Assembly (NCBI GenBank): GCA_965261735.1
Contig: OZ253470.1
Coordinates: 928,001-992,000 of the forward strand
Origin: Alphaproteobacteria bacterium
Lineage (GTDB): Bacteria; Pseudomonadota; Alphaproteobacteria; SHVV01
Direction of reading: 5' to 3'
Length of the DNA: 64,000 nucleotides
Shown: positions 24,078 through 35,431 of the stretch, piece by piece
Layout: every line of letters starts with the position of its first letter
Position numbering within the stretch: the first letter of the stretch is position 1
Translations under genes and position numbers: made by a program
The notes under the pieces: model-generated
The model's input: only the letters and a program-made list of their open reading frames with translations
What the model was told of the DNA's origin: nothing
Databases searched by the model: none

Positions 24078-24959
24078 CTACTCCGTATTGCGTCGGCCGC
24101 CAAGATCACCGAAGAAACGGAAAAACTCGCTGTCGGGCGATAGGACCATCGTGGTGTCGTCGCTGCGCAGCGCGTTCCCGTATGCCTGCATCGAGCGATA
24201 GAAGGCGAAGAACTCGGGATCCTTGCTGAAGGCCTCGGCGAAGATTCGGTTGCGCTCGGCGTCGCCCTCACCGCGCAGGATCTGCGCGTCCCTCTGCGCC
24301 TCGGCGATCAGCACGGTGCGCTCGCGGTCGGCGGTGGCGCGAATACGCAGCGCCTCCTTGGCGCCCTGGGCGCGGAACTCGCGCGCTTCGCGCTCGCGCT
24401 CGGTACGCATGCGGGCGTAGATCGCCTGGCTGTTCGCCTCCGGGAGGTCGGCACGCTTGATGCGGACGTCGATGACGTTGATGCCGAGCGCGCGCGCCTG
24501 CACGTTAACAAAATTGCCGATTTCGTTCATGAGCTCGGCGCGCTCGCCGGTCAGGACGTTGGCGAGCGGCACCCCGCCGAGAACGCGACGCAGGCTGGAA
24601 TTGAGGATGGCGCCGAGCCGCGCGCGGGCGACCTCCTCATTGCCCACGCTCTGGAAGAACTGTAGCGGATCGATGATCCGGAAGCGGGCGAACGCGTCAA
24701 CCACGAGCCGCTTCTGGTCAGCGGCGATGATCTCCTCGGCCGGCGCATCGTAAGCCAGGATGCGCTTGTCGAAGCGCACGACGTTCTGGATGAACGGAAG
24801 CTTGTAGTGGAGCCCCGGTTCCGACACGGCCCGCTTGGGTTCGCCGAACTGCAGCACCAGGACCTGCTCGGTCTGATGCACCTGGAACAGCGTGGCCAAC
24901 GCCAGAATGCCGACGATGAGAACGACGACCCCGAGGATCGTCAGCGCGCTCCGCCTCAT
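24078..24959 (-). CDS. hflC: FtsH modulator HflC
   Basis: SPFH domain, RMRTERERE, DPEFFAFYRSM. Confidence 0.95.
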   Translation of the reverse strand: MRRSALTILGVVVLIVGILALATLFQVHQTEQVLVLQFGEPKRAVSEPGLHYKLPFIQNVVRFDKRILAYDAPAEEIIAADQKRLVVDAFARFRIIDPLQFFQSVGNEEVARARLGAILNSSLRRVLGGVPLANVLTGERAELMNEIGNFVNVQARALGINVIDVRIKRADLPEANSQAIYARMRTEREREAREFRAQGAKEALRIRATADRERTVLIAEAQRDAQILRGEGDAERNRIFAEAFSKDPEFFAFYRSMQAYGNALRSDDTTMVLSPDSEFFRFFGDLGGRRNTE

Positions 24960-26032
24960 TGCTGGTCTCCCCGGCGATTCTGTATTTCGGGGAGCGGCAG
25001 ATAGGGCACAACCCCCTGGCCGGTACCCCGGCTATCGATAATCACCTTGGTCATGCCGCCGAGGACGTCTTCCATGGTTTCGAGATAGATGCGCAGGGTC
25101 GTGACGGCCTTGGCCTGCGCGTACTCGCCGTAGACCGAGAGGAAGCGCTGCGTGTCGCCAGTGGCCTGAGCCACCGTTTCCTCCTTGTACGCCTTGGCTT
25201 CCTGGTCCATCTTCTGGGCCTCGCCCTGGGCGCGTGGAATGATGTCGTTGGCGTAGGCCTCGGCTTCGTTCTTGGCCCTCTCGAGGTCGGCCCGCGCCCG
25301 CTGAACGTCGCGGAACGCATCGATCACCGCCGCCGGCGGATCGACCTTCTGCAGCTTGACCTGAGTGATGAGGATGCCGGCGCCATACTCGTCGAGGACC
25401 TGCTGCGTCAGCGCCAGCGTGTCCTCCTCGACCTCGTTGCGACCTTCGGACAGGGCGCGCTGGATGAGCGTGCGCCCGACCACCTCGCGCATCGAACTCT
25501 CCGCGACCGCCTTTACCGTCACCTGCGGCTGCTGCACGTTGAAGAGAAACTCGCCCGCGTCGCGAATCAGCCAGAACACCTGAAAGTCGATGTCGACGAT
25601 GTTCTCGTCGCCGGTCAGCATCAGGCTCTCCTCGGGGAGATCGCGCGTCGAGGTGCTGCGCCCGAGTTCGCCGATCGTGCGGAAGCCGACATTGACGCGG
25701 TTGACCCGCGTCACCTTGGGGGTGACCACGGATTCCACCGGCCAGGGAAGGTGGTAGTTGAGGCCGGGCTGGGTCGTGTTGACCCATTCGCCGAAGCGCA
25801 GCACTACGCCCTGCTCGTCGGGCTGAACCCGGTAGAAGCCGCTCAGCAGCCAGATGGCGACCACGACCAGCGCCACCAAAAGAATCCCGAGTCGTCCGCG
25901 CCCGCCGCCCGGTATGAAGCCGCGAACGCGGTCTTGTCCCTTGCGCAGCAGGTCTTCGAGATTGGGCGGTTGCGGCGGTCCGCCCGTAGGCCCCTGCGCC
26001 CAAGGCCCACCGCCCTGATTCCTCCACGGCAT
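24956..26032 (-). CDS. hflK: FtsH modulator HflK
   Basis: MPWRNQGGGPW start, MLTGDENIVD, AFRDVQRA, RIYLETME. Confidence 0.95.
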   Translation of the reverse strand: MPWRNQGGGPWAQGPTGGPPQPPNLEDLLRKGQDRVRGFIPGGGRGRLGILLVALVVVAIWLLSGFYRVQPDEQGVVLRFGEWVNTTQPGLNYHLPWPVESVVTPKVTRVNRVNVGFRTIGELGRSTSTRDLPEESLMLTGDENIVDIDFQVFWLIRDAGEFLFNVQQPQVTVKAVAESSMREVVGRTLIQRALSEGRNEVEEDTLALTQQVLDEYGAGILITQVKLQKVDPPAAVIDAFRDVQRARADLERAKNEAEAYANDIIPRAQGEAQKMDQEAKAYKEETVAQATGDTQRFLSVYGEYAQAKAVTTLRIYLETMEDVLGGMTKVIIDSRGTGQGVVPYLPLPEIQNRRGDQQ

Positions 26033-26176
26033 CGTCTTGATTCCTTCGATTCGAGAGGTCGATGCCCGGCGATTTGAACTCGCGCACCGGAGCGATAGAT
26101 TATATGACAGCGAGGCTTGCCGCGCAATGCGCGTGGGGCGCGCGTGGTGGGACGATCCGATCCCGGAGGTTGGCCG

Positions 26177-27301
26177 ATGGCGGAGGTTACGGAGCAGGCG
26201 GTGCTGGCGGCACTCGGTCGCGTTCCCGACCCCGAGCGCGGTGCCGACGTCGTCAGCCTCGGCATGATCTCGGGCCTGGCGGTACGGGACGGCCACGTTG
26301 GCTTTGCGATCGAGGTCGCGCCGGAGGAGGGCGCGGCGCGGGAGCCCCTGCGCCGAGCCTGCGAGGGGGCGGTCGACGCGCTGCCCGGCGTGCTGTCGGT
26401 TTCGGCCGTGCTCACCGCGCACAAGAGTACCGCCGCGAAGCAGCCGGCGCCCGCGGCCGTCGCGCCGGGCGGGCCGAGCGTGGCCGCCAAGCCGGCGCTC
26501 GAGGGCATCCGCGCGATCATCGCCGTGGCCTCGGCCAAGGGCGGCGTCGGCAAGTCGACGACGGCGGTCAACCTGGCGCTTGCGCTGCGCCACCAGGGCC
26601 TTGCCGTCGGCCTCATGGACTCCGATATTTACGGCCCCAGCGTCCCGCGCCTGCTCGGCGTGAGCGGCCGCCCGCAGTCGGCCGATGGACGTAAGATGCA
26701 GCCGCTCGAGGCGCACGGCCTGGTGTGCATGTCGATGGGCTTCCTCGTCGCCGAGGACACGCCGATGATCTGGCGCGGGCCGATGGTGATGAGCGCGGTC
26801 GAGCAGCTGTTGCGGGAGGTCGCGTGGGGCGAGCTCGACGTTTTGGTGATCGACCTGCCGCCGGGCACCGGCGATGCCCAGCTCACGATCGCCCAGCGGG
26901 TGCCGCTCACCGGCGCCGTCATCGTGTCGACGCCGCAGGACATCGCCCTGCTCGACGCGCGCCGCGGCCTCGCCATGTTCAACAAGGTCGACGTGCCGGT
27001 TTTCGGCATCATCGAGAACATGAGCTACTTCATCTGTCCCCACTGCGGTGGCCGCTCCGATATCTTCAGCCATGGCGGCGCACGGCGCACGGCCGAAGAA
27101 CTGGGTGCGGAGTTCCTGGGCGAGATCCCGCTCGACCTCGTGATCCGTGAAACCTCCGACGCCGGCGAGCCGATCGTCGCCGGCCAGCCGGACAGCCCGC
27201 AGGCTCGCACCTATCTCGCGATCGCCCAACGAATCACTGAGAAGATCGAGGAAGCGCTCAAAGAGGAGGCCCGCTCGGCCCCGCGCATCGTGGTGCAGTA
27301 G
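26177..27301 (+). CDS. apbC: Mrp/ApbC Fe-S cluster carrier ATPase
   Basis: AKGGVGKST, DIYGPS, WRGPM, DLPPGTGD, ENMSYFICPHC. Confidence 0.93.
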   Translation: MAEVTEQAVLAALGRVPDPERGADVVSLGMISGLAVRDGHVGFAIEVAPEEGAAREPLRRACEGAVDALPGVLSVSAVLTAHKSTAAKQPAPAAVAPGGPSVAAKPALEGIRAIIAVASAKGGVGKSTTAVNLALALRHQGLAVGLMDSDIYGPSVPRLLGVSGRPQSADGRKMQPLEAHGLVCMSMGFLVAEDTPMIWRGPMVMSAVEQLLREVAWGELDVLVIDLPPGTGDAQLTIAQRVPLTGAVIVSTPQDIALLDARRGLAMFNKVDVPVFGIIENMSYFICPHCGGRSDIFSHGGARRTAEELGAEFLGEIPLDLVIRETSDAGEPIVAGQPDSPQARTYLAIAQRITEKIEEALKEEARSAPRIVVQ

Positions 27302-27347
27302 GGCGCGCGACCCGACGCCAACATCGGCGTCCGGTAGATCGGGATCG

Positions 27348-28301
27348 CTATTCCTCCCGCCCCAGCGCCGCCATCAGCTCGCGCCACTCGCGCTTGGACA
27401 GGCCGCTCTCCTCCTGGGTTAGGTCTTCGCCGGCGAGGAGGCGCTTGACGACTGCGAGGCCCTTGCCCGACAGGTTCGCGCCGCCCCTGACATGGTCTTC
27501 GAACGCAGCCGCGGTCAGCGGCACCCAGCGGTGCAGGGTCTCGATCATGGCTTCGGCATAGGCCCGAATCTCGTACTGGGCGTGAGCGTCCGCGCGCAGG
27601 CTCAGGAAGTGCATGAGGTTGTGCAGGTCGGTCTTCCAGTACCACTGCGTATAGAAGTTGAGGGAGAGGTTCATGCGCGCAAGCTCGCGCGCGAGGCCTT
27701 TGCGCGCGGAGTCGCGCTTGGCGCCGGCCTCGTCCTCGTTCAACATTTCCGCGTAGTCGGCGTAGGCGCGTGCGGCGTCCTCGCGGAGCAGCGCGAGCAC
27801 GCGCGCCGCCTCCTCGCCCTCGAGGAGCGTATCGCGGCCCTGGCGGTTGGCCGCGGCCTGGGCGCCGAGATGCTCGGGCGCCGGCACGTAGAACTCGTTG
27901 TCGAGGATCGAGTAGCGCGCCGAGTACTCGTTGACGTTGGCGGTGCGATGGCGGATCCACTGCCGGGCGACGAAGATCGGCAGCTTTACGTGATACTTGA
28001 TCTCGCACATCTCGAAGGGGGTGGTGTGGCGATGGCGCAGGAGGTAGTTGATGAGCCCCTTGTCCTCGCTCACGCGGCGCGTGCCACGGCCGTAGGAGAC
28101 CCGCGCGGCCTGGACCACGGCGCCATCGTCGCCCATGTAATCGACGACCCGGATAAAGCCGTGATCGAGCACGCGCGTCGCCTGATAGAGGATGTCTTCG
28201 AGGGCCGCCACGGTGGCGCGCCGCGTGGCGAAGGATTCGGCGCGCTGGGCGTCGATCTCGGCCTGGTGCTCGCCGCTCAGGTGCTTGTTGTCGCCCTCCA
28301 T
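27348..28301 (-). CDS. thyX: FAD-dependent thymidylate synthase
   Basis: HTTPFE, RQWIRHR, NEYSARY, HAQYEIR. Confidence 0.95.
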   Translation of the reverse strand: MEGDNKHLSGEHQAEIDAQRAESFATRRATVAALEDILYQATRVLDHGFIRVVDYMGDDGAVVQAARVSYGRGTRRVSEDKGLINYLLRHRHTTPFEMCEIKYHVKLPIFVARQWIRHRTANVNEYSARYSILDNEFYVPAPEHLGAQAAANRQGRDTLLEGEEAARVLALLREDAARAYADYAEMLNEDEAGAKRDSARKGLARELARMNLSLNFYTQWYWKTDLHNLMHFLSLRADAHAQYEIRAYAEAMIETLHRWVPLTAAAFEDHVRGGANLSGKGLAVVKRLLAGEDLTQEESGLSKREWRELMAALGREE

Positions 28302-28363
28302 GGCCCGCGCACTCTAGCCGCTCGCGCGAGGCGGCGCCACGGCGGCTGGCTCGCGCGAGCCAC

Positions 28364-28392
28364 TTCCCATCGCCGCGCCAAAGCCCTATATT
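28364..28392 (+). promoter_or_regulatory. putative ssrA promoter
   Basis: TTCCCA-17 nt-TATATT just before the tmRNA acceptor piece. Confidence 0.45.
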
Positions 28393-28397
28393 TAGAG

Positions 28398-28700
28398 AGC
28401 CGGGCAACCGGCTATGGCGATAAACGTTGTACGGAATAGGCGTAGCGGACCCGGGGGCAGTACCCGGCGCCTCCACCACAAGCGCACCGGCGCGAGATGC
28501 GCCACGAGAACGGGACAAGGTGCGTTTCTGATGGGGGCGAAACAGGATCGACGCGCGCGGTAAAGGTGCAATTTTTGCCCGGTATGATACCGCCGTTATC
28601 GGGTCAAAACCAAAACTGCCAATGATAACTCTATGGCACTCGCTGCTTAGTCTGACTAGGTAAGCGCGGTTCGGGGGGCACCGGGCAACAGAAGCCCCCC
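28398..28700 (+). ncRNA. ssrA: two-piece (circularly permuted) tmRNA, tag ANDNSMALAA
   Basis: Acceptor piece ends CGCCTCCACCA at 28478; intervening segment; coding piece starts GGGGGCGAAACAGGATCGAC at 28533; tag ORF 28618-28650; outer ends approximate. Confidence 0.92.
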
Positions 28701-28846
28701 ACTTCCCACAAACTCGAAGGGCCTGTGTCGCGGCCGGTGCGTATGCCCGAAGACGCGCCGGAAGCTCCACAAAAGAGCGTTGCCAGGCTCGGGCGGATGC
28801 GGTCTAGAATGGCCACAAGCCCGGATCGCCATTGAGACGCGCCGCC

Positions 28847-29320
28847 ATGAGCAAAGACCTGATGAACTACAAGGCCATGGTCGAGGGCGCGCTACGCGAT
28901 GTCGTGCGGGTCGCGCTGGCTCGCATCGCCGACAGCGGCCTGCCCGGCAACCACCATCTCTACCTCACCTTCCGCACGCGCTTCGCCGGCGTCCTGATGC
29001 CCGAATATCTGCGCCAGAAGCATCCCGAGGAAATGATCATCGTGTTGCAGCACCAGTTCTGGGGGCTGAGCGTCCACGACGACAGCTTCTCGATCACACT
29101 GAGCTTCAACAATGAGCGCGAGCTCCTCGCAGTACCCTTTGCCGCGGTCACCGGCTTCGTCGATCCGAGCGTCGAGTTCGGCCTCCAGTTCCACGCGGGG
29201 CCCGAGTCCGACGCGGCCGAGCAGCTGCCGGGCGCGCGCCAAGCCGAAACGGGCCAACCGTCCCCGTCGTCGGCCGAGGACGACAACGTCGTCGCCCTCG
29301 ACCGCTTCCGCAAGGAATGA
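28847..29320 (+). CDS. sspB: ClpXP adaptor SspB (alphaproteobacterial type)
   Basis: LPGNHHLYLTF, IVLQHQFW, FVDPSVEFGLQF, C-terminal VVALDRFRK. Confidence 0.92.
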   Translation: MSKDLMNYKAMVEGALRDVVRVALARIADSGLPGNHHLYLTFRTRFAGVLMPEYLRQKHPEEMIIVLQHQFWGLSVHDDSFSITLSFNNERELLAVPFAAVTGFVDPSVEFGLQFHAGPESDAAEQLPGARQAETGQPSPSSAEDDNVVALDRFRKE

Positions 29321-29399
29321 GGGCCGGGGCCGCAACCACGGCGCCACCCGAAGCGCGACGGCGCCAGTCGGGCGTCCGGCGTCGCGGCATCCGCCGTCG

Positions 29400-30041
29400 A
29401 TGAACCCGCTCCCCGTTGACACCGCGACGCTGGTCGCCTTCATCGCCGCGGTACTGGTGCTGGTGTTCTCGCCCGGCCCGGACTCGCTGCTGATCCTGCG
29501 CTACACGATGAGCTCGGGCCGGCGCGTCGGCCTCGCCACCGTGGGCGGCGTCCAGCTCGGACTCGCGCTCCACACCGCGGCGGCCGTGATCGGCCTCTCG
29601 CTGCTCATCGTCTCGATCCCGACCCTATTCCGGGCCCTCGCCGTGGCCGGGGCGCTCTATCTCGCCTGGCTCGGAATCCAGGGCCTGCGCGCCCGCGACG
29701 GCGGCCTCCAAAGTGCCGGCGCGCACGGAGCCATCGGGGCCGGCAAGGCGTGGCGCGACGCGATGCTGACCAACCTGCTCAACCCCAAGGTCATCCTCCT
29801 TTTCCTCGCCCTGATGCCCAACTTCGTCGAGCCTACGGCGGGCCGCGTGCCGGCGCAGCTCGCGACCCTCGGCGTCGCGTTGATCCTCGTCAACACGCTG
29901 TGGCAGACCCTGCTCGCCCTGGCCGTGGAAGCGGTGCGCCGGCTGCTCGGTAGGCCGGGGGCCGCCCGCGCGGTGTCGCGGGCCACGGGCGCCGTGCTCC
30001 TCGCCTTCGCCTTCTTCATGGTGGTCGAGCACGTGCTCTGA
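29400..30041 (+). CDS. LysE/RhtB family exporter
   Basis: [26 protein letters not shown]. Confidence 0.9.
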   Translation: MNPLPVDTATLVAFIAAVLVLVFSPGPDSLLILRYTMSSGRRVGLATVGGVQLGLALHTAAAVIGLSLLIVSIPTLFRALAVAGALYLAWLGIQGLRARDGGLQSAGAHGAIGAGKAWRDAMLTNLLNPKVILLFLALMPNFVEPTAGRVPAQLATLGVALILVNTLWQTLLALAVEAVRRLLGRPGAARAVSRATGAVLLAFAFFMVVEHVL

Positions 30042-30118
30042 GGGCCCCGCGCCCGCGCGCGTCCGATGCGCTAGACTGGCGTGGAGTGCCGGCGCAGCGC
30101 CGGCCCACGGGGGGAATC

Positions 30119-31537
30119 ATGTGCGCCAAGCCAGTGGCTAAGCGGCCCAAGACCCGGATCGAATCCGACACCTTCGGCCCGATCGCGGTGCCCGCGGACA
30201 AGTACTGGGGCGCCCAGACCCAGCGTAGCAGCGAGAACTTCAGGATCGGCTGGGAGGCTATGCCGGCGCCGGTGATCCGGGCCTTCGCGATCCTCAAGCG
30301 CGCCTGCGCCGTGGTCAACATGGACCAGGGCGCACTCCAGAAGCGGATCGGTCGCGCCATCATGCGGGCCGCCGACGACATCCTCGCCGGGCGGCTCGAG
30401 GGCAACTTCCCGCTCGTGGTGTGGCAGACGGGCTCGGGCACCCAGTCCAACATGAACATGAACGAGGTCATCGCCAACCGCGCCATCGAGCAGCTCGGCG
30501 GGCGCAAGGGCGCGAAGACGCCGGTACACCCCAACGACCACGTCAATATGGGGCAGTCGTCCAACGACAGCTTCCCCACCGCCATGCATGTCGCGGCGGG
30601 CGAAGAGCTGGAACGCCGCCTGACCCCGGCGCTCAAGCACCTGCAGCGCGGCCTCGACCGCAAGGCCCGGGCATGGCGCAACATCATCAAGATCGGGCGC
30701 ACCCACACCCAGGATGCGACCCCGCTCACCCTCGGCCAGGAGTTCTCGGGCTATGCGACCCAGGTCGCCTATGGGCTCGACCGGGTGCGCGCGACTCTAC
30801 CGCGCCTCTACCAGCTCGCGCAGGGCGGCACCGCGGTCGGCACGGGCCTCAACGCGCGCGTTGGTTTCGACAAGAGGGTGGCGCGCGAAATCCGGCGCTT
30901 CACGGGGCTCCCCTTCGTCACCGCGCCCAATAAGTTCGAGGCGTTGGCCGCCCACGACGCGGTGATCGAGGCCTCCGGCGCGCTCAACGTCATCGCCGCG
31001 AGCCTCATGAAGATCGCCAACGACATCCGCTTCCTGGGTTCGGGGCCGCGCAGCGGCCTCGGCGAGCTGATCCTGCCGGAAAACGAGCCCGGCTCCTCGA
31101 TCATGCCGGGCAAGGTCAACCCGACCCAGGCCGAGGCGCTGACGCAGGTGTGCGCGCAGGTCATGGGCAACCACGTCACCATCACGGTCGCCGGCTCGCA
31201 GGGGCATTTCGAGCTCAACGTCTTCAAGCCGGTGATGATCTACAACCTGCTGCAATCGATTCGCCTGCTCGCCGACGCGTGCGTGAGTTTTCAGGACAAC
31301 TGCGTCGCCGGTATCAAGCCCAACAGGGCGCGCATCAAGGAGCTCATGAACAACTCGCTGATGCTGGTAACCGCGCTCGCTCCTCACATCGGCTACGACA
31401 ACGCGGCCAAGATCGCCAAGACGGCGCACCGCGATGGCACGACACTGGTCGAGGCCGCGCACAAGCTCAACCTGGCGACGAAGGATCAGTTCGCGCGATG
31501 GGTGCGGCCCGAAGACATGATCGGCCCGAGCAGCTGA
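30119..31537 (+). CDS. fumC: class II fumarate hydratase
   Basis: [25 protein letters not shown]. Confidence 0.97.
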   Translation: MCAKPVAKRPKTRIESDTFGPIAVPADKYWGAQTQRSSENFRIGWEAMPAPVIRAFAILKRACAVVNMDQGALQKRIGRAIMRAADDILAGRLEGNFPLVVWQTGSGTQSNMNMNEVIANRAIEQLGGRKGAKTPVHPNDHVNMGQSSNDSFPTAMHVAAGEELERRLTPALKHLQRGLDRKARAWRNIIKIGRTHTQDATPLTLGQEFSGYATQVAYGLDRVRATLPRLYQLAQGGTAVGTGLNARVGFDKRVAREIRRFTGLPFVTAPNKFEALAAHDAVIEASGALNVIAASLMKIANDIRFLGSGPRSGLGELILPENEPGSSIMPGKVNPTQAEALTQVCAQVMGNHVTITVAGSQGHFELNVFKPVMIYNLLQSIRLLADACVSFQDNCVAGIKPNRARIKELMNNSLMLVTALAPHIGYDNAAKIAKTAHRDGTTLVEAAHKLNLATKDQFARWVRPEDMIGPSS

Positions 31538-31562
31538 CGGCCGTTCAGCGCCCAAACCCGGC

Positions 31563-31778
31563 ATGACATCGGAGATCGGCAAGCACTCGCTCGTCCTCGC
31601 CGGCCACCGCACCAGCGTCTCGCTCGAGGGGCCGTTCTGGCGCGAGCTCACGCGCATCGCGGCGAGCCGCGGCGTATCGGTAACCCGGCTCGTGGCCGAC
31701 ATCGACCGGACCCGCGACGGTAACCTTTCGAGCGCGATCCGTGTCTTCGTGCTGGCCACGGTCAAGGCCGGCGGCTGA
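31563..31778 (+). CDS. ribbon-helix-helix domain protein
   Basis: KHSLVLAGHRTSVSLEGPFW...NLSSAIRVFVL (RHH_4-like). Confidence 0.85.
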   Translation: MTSEIGKHSLVLAGHRTSVSLEGPFWRELTRIAASRGVSVTRLVADIDRTRDGNLSSAIRVFVLATVKAGG

Positions 31779-31798
31779 GCCGGCCGCCCTGCCGCGTC

Positions 31799-34700
31799 CT
31801 ACTGGCCCTTGCCGAGGGCACCACCGAGCAGGCCGCGCAACAGCTTCCCGGCGGCACCACCGCCACCGCCGTCATCGCCGCCGAGCGCCTTGTCGAGGAT
31901 CGCGCCGGTGACGCGCTGCGCGAGATAGGCCTTGATCTCGCGGCTCTCGATCTCGCGCCGCGGCGCATCCAGCGAGCCCGAGAGTTGCAGGCCGACCGCC
32001 GGCACCTTGGGATGCTCGGTCAGGCGAAATCCGGCGCGCATGTCGATCTCCCAGCGCGGCAGGTCGACTGTCCCCTTGAGATCGCCGGCCGCGGCGTCGA
32101 GCCGGGCCTGAAAGTCGGTCGCCCTGACGATGCCATCGACCACGAGGAACTCGCCTTCGATCGTGCTGAACCGCGTTTCGCCGCCGCTCAGGCTGTCCTG
32201 CAGGAGGGCGAGGAAGTCCAAAGCCTGGTCGAGGCGCTTGAGGCGGTCGCTCAGCCGCCTGAGATCGATCCCCTTGATCGCGCCGTCGCGCGCGGTGATA
32301 ACGGCGCTGCCGTTGAGGCCGGCGATCAGTTCGCGCTCGCTCGCGCCGGCGGAGGTGAACTCGCCATCGACATCGACGCGCCCGCGCACGCCGCCAAAGC
32401 CCATGGCCGTCGGCGCCACGCTCTCGAGTCGGGCGTCTCGCAGCGCCAGCGTCACCGCCGCGCGCGGCGGGGATGCGTTCCCCAACCGGGCACCCAGCGC
32501 GAGGTCGCCGCCGAGCATGGTGCCAGCCAGGGGGTTTACGTTGAGAACCCCGTCGAGGAGCGTGAGCGCGAGGCGCGGCTCGCCGACCTCGTAGGCGCCG
32601 TAGATGAGGGCGCGGGAGCGCAGCGCCACCTCGGCATCGAGCGCGCCGAGAAAGCTGAAATCGATCGGCTCGGACGACCAACGCGATGACGACGCCCCTG
32701 CCCTACGCGCTCGTGGCGCGCCCGCCGAGGCCGTCGCCTTGGTCGGTAGCGGCAGGAACAAATCGACGAAAATGTCGCTCGTGCTGAGGTCGGCGTCGAG
32801 CCGTGGGTGCGGGCCGTCGTAACGCAGGCTCGCCGAGCCCTCGAGGTTCACCGGGCCGATGCTGCCCGACAGCCCGCTCAACTTGACCGCACCCGCCTCG
32901 CCGACGACGTCGGCCTCGAGCGCGAGCCCACCGAGATTGGCGGTCGCCGGCCGGTAGTCGATGCCGGCCAGTCGAAGGGCGCCCTCGACGCTGTCGAAGC
33001 GCGTGGCGACCGCCAGTGCATAAGCCGGCCCAGCGCCAGGATCGAGTGTCCCCGTGACCGACAACTCAGCTCCCGCCGCGGATCCGGCGACATCCACCGT
33101 CAGGCGGCGCACGTCGCCGTTGACCCGACCCTTGAGTGACAGTGGGCCGCTCAGCCCCGGTAGCGGCGCCGCGGCAAATAACTGGGCCAGCGCGGCCACA
33201 TCCTTGCTTTGTGCATCGAACACGATGTCGACGCTTCCCGCGGTAGCCAGACTACCCTTTACCTCGAGCTGGCTCGCCGCCGCTTGTAGCGCCACGTCAA
33301 GCTGATAGACATCGCCAGCGCGAGCCACGGTACCCGCGGCGGCGACCGCGCCAAGCGCGACATGCGGGAGCGGCGCCGCGCGGCGCGCGAGCCGCAGTAA
33401 CTCAACCGACTCGCTCGCCTGCACGTCGAACTTGATCGTGAAATCGGGAACGCCGTCGAACCCGCTGGCGCGACCCGACAGCGCCACCTTGGCCCCGCCG
33501 AGGTCGCCCGCGCGAGCGTCCCGTATCGTCAGCCTGCCGCGAATGAGCGTGAAGTCGAGGACGAGATCGCTGATCTGCGTCTGGCTGTAGGTCAGGTTCC
33601 GGACTCGCACCTTGACGTCGGCGTCGACCCCGCCGAGGGCGGCGAGGCGCGCCTCCGCGGGTTTGCTCGGCGTGGCGGCCGCGTCCGAATCGGCCGCGGG
33701 CGTCGCGCGCGCCGGCGGCAAGTAGGCATCCGCGTTAAGGCGGTCGAGCTCGATGTCGATGCTGAAGGATGGCCGCGCGCGTAGTGCATAGGCCAGCCCC
33801 CCGGTGAGGCGTGACGAGTCGAGGCGCAGGTCCACGCCGTAGATCTGGATCAAGTCGGGCGTCAACCGCAGCGTGCTGGTGAGGACGAATTTGCGCAGGC
33901 GATCGGCGGGAACGGCGTCGGTGTCGATCTTGAGCCAGCCGAGCACCGCGCGCAGGTTGTCGGAGGCGGCCTCGAGTCGGGCCGTGAACTCCGGCACGCC
34001 GTCGCGCGCCGCGACGCTGCCGGCGAGGCTGATGTCGGAGCCGCCGGGCAATAGCGCGCTGATCCGGCGTACGGTAACCACCCCTTCGGCCATGGTCGCT
34101 TCGACCGCGAACTGGCGGGCGACCTGATCGTTGTAAACCAATGCCTCGACGACGAGGCTGAAGCTACCGGCGACGTTGGTCGGGAGCGCGAAGCCCGGAT
34201 CGGCGGCGCGGGCGCCGCTGGACCGTGTCGCGGACGCGGGCGCCGGTGCTCGAGGGGCGTCCGCGCCGCCGATCCACCGGTCGAGATCGAAGCGGTTGAC
34301 CGCGAGCGCCGCATCGACTCGCAGGGTTTCACCAAACGCCGCGCTCAGCGCACCTGAGGCCACGGCATCGCCGAGTGTGAGGGTAAGCTCGTTGAGAGCC
34401 AACTCCTGGACCGACGCGTCGATCGCCGTGGTCACCGCGAACGGCTGGGCCATCGCCGGTGGCGCCGAGGCTCCGCCGATCGCATCCCCAAGTTGGGTCC
34501 ATGCGCGCCCAAGGTCATCACCGGCCACGGCCAGCTTGCCCCTGACGCGCGCCGCCGCCCCGAGCTCCGACGCACTACCCTGAAAGGTGAGCTCCGCGGT
34601 GTCCTCGCCGAGCGTCACCCTCGCCCTCAGCGGAACGCCGCCACTGGCGCCAACTTCACCCACCGCGACCTCGAAGGCGACCGGCACGCCGCTCACTTGG

Positions 34701-35287
34701 AGGGCGCCCTCGGTCTCCGATGGGCCGGCGAACGAGTCGGCGCGCAGGCGGGCGTTCAATTCCTCGATGGCGACTAGCCGACCGCTCGCGGTATCGCGAT
34801 AGATAAGGGTGCCGTTCTCGACCGCGAGGCTGGCAATTGCGATGGCCGGCGCGGCGCTCGCGCGGCCCGCGTCTTCGTCCGCGCCGCCGGCGCCGTCGGG
34901 GGCGGCCAGCACCCAGTTGCGGCGGCCGTCGGCCAGCACCTCGAGTTCGATCACCGGATCGACGAGGGTGATCGTGCTGAAGGCGATCCTGCCGCGCAGC
35001 AGCGGACCAAGCTGCAGCGCGACCTCGATCGATTCGGCGCTCGCCATGTCGGGAGCCACGGCGCCTTCGACATTGGCGAGCCGGACCGATCGCGCGGCGA
35101 GAACCGGCGCCGGTAGCACGCTGAGCGAAAGGTCGCCCTCGATCGTCAGCTTGCGCCCCGTCGCCGCCTCGACGCGGGCCGCGAACTCGGGCTTGTAGTC
35201 GTTCCAGTCGACAAAAGCCGGAACGATGGCCAGCGCCGCGACAAGCAAGACGATCACAACGCCGAGGGCGACGAGCGCTCTGTTCAC
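31799..35287 (-). CDS. AsmA-family protein
   Basis: N-terminal TM, VDWNDYK..ATGRKLTIEGDL, repeated beta-rich segments, C-terminal GAIKGIDL..GETRF. Confidence 0.85.
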   Translation of the reverse strand: MNRALVALGVVIVLLVAALAIVPAFVDWNDYKPEFAARVEAATGRKLTIEGDLSLSVLPAPVLAARSVRLANVEGAVAPDMASAESIEVALQLGPLLRGRIAFSTITLVDPVIELEVLADGRRNWVLAAPDGAGGADEDAGRASAAPAIAIASLAVENGTLIYRDTASGRLVAIEELNARLRADSFAGPSETEGALQVSGVPVAFEVAVGEVGASGGVPLRARVTLGEDTAELTFQGSASELGAAARVRGKLAVAGDDLGRAWTQLGDAIGGASAPPAMAQPFAVTTAIDASVQELALNELTLTLGDAVASGALSAAFGETLRVDAALAVNRFDLDRWIGGADAPRAPAPASATRSSGARAADPGFALPTNVAGSFSLVVEALVYNDQVARQFAVEATMAEGVVTVRRISALLPGGSDISLAGSVAARDGVPEFTARLEAASDNLRAVLGWLKIDTDAVPADRLRKFVLTSTLRLTPDLIQIYGVDLRLDSSRLTGGLAYALRARPSFSIDIELDRLNADAYLPPARATPAADSDAAATPSKPAEARLAALGGVDADVKVRVRNLTYSQTQISDLVLDFTLIRGRLTIRDARAGDLGGAKVALSGRASGFDGVPDFTIKFDVQASESVELLRLARRAAPLPHVALGAVAAAGTVARAGDVYQLDVALQAAASQLEVKGSLATAGSVDIVFDAQSKDVAALAQLFAAAPLPGLSGPLSLKGRVNGDVRRLTVDVAGSAAGAELSVTGTLDPGAGPAYALAVATRFDSVEGALRLAGIDYRPATANLGGLALEADVVGEAGAVKLSGLSGSIGPVNLEGSASLRYDGPHPRLDADLSTSDIFVDLFLPLPTKATASAGAPRARRAGASSSRWSSEPIDFSFLGALDAEVALRSRALIYGAYEVGEPRLALTLLDGVLNVNPLAGTMLGGDLALGARLGNASPPRAAVTLALRDARLESVAPTAMGFGGVRGRVDVDGEFTSAGASERELIAGLNGSAVITARDGAIKGIDLRRLSDRLKRLDQALDFLALLQDSLSGGETRFSTIEGEFLVVDGIVRATDFQARLDAAAGDLKGTVDLPRWEIDMRAGFRLTEHPKVPAVGLQLSGSLDAPRREIESREIKAYLAQRVTGAILDKALGGDDGGGGGAAGKLLRGLLGGALGKGQ

Positions 35288-35431
35288 ATCGTTACCATGA
35301 GTGGCGACCGCCGAGCCGGGCGCCGAGACCGGTTGAACGGCAAACCAAATCGGTTAAGCTAGCAGCGACATTTTCAGCTTAGTGCAGGCGCGCGCCAATG
35401 CAAAGTGCGCGCGGGCGTTGGCAGAGAAGCC

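Noticed and set aside
24956-27229. 757-aa ORF appearing as an extended HflK
   Set aside because: The extension is the antisense of apbC; HflK begins at MPWRNQ (26032).
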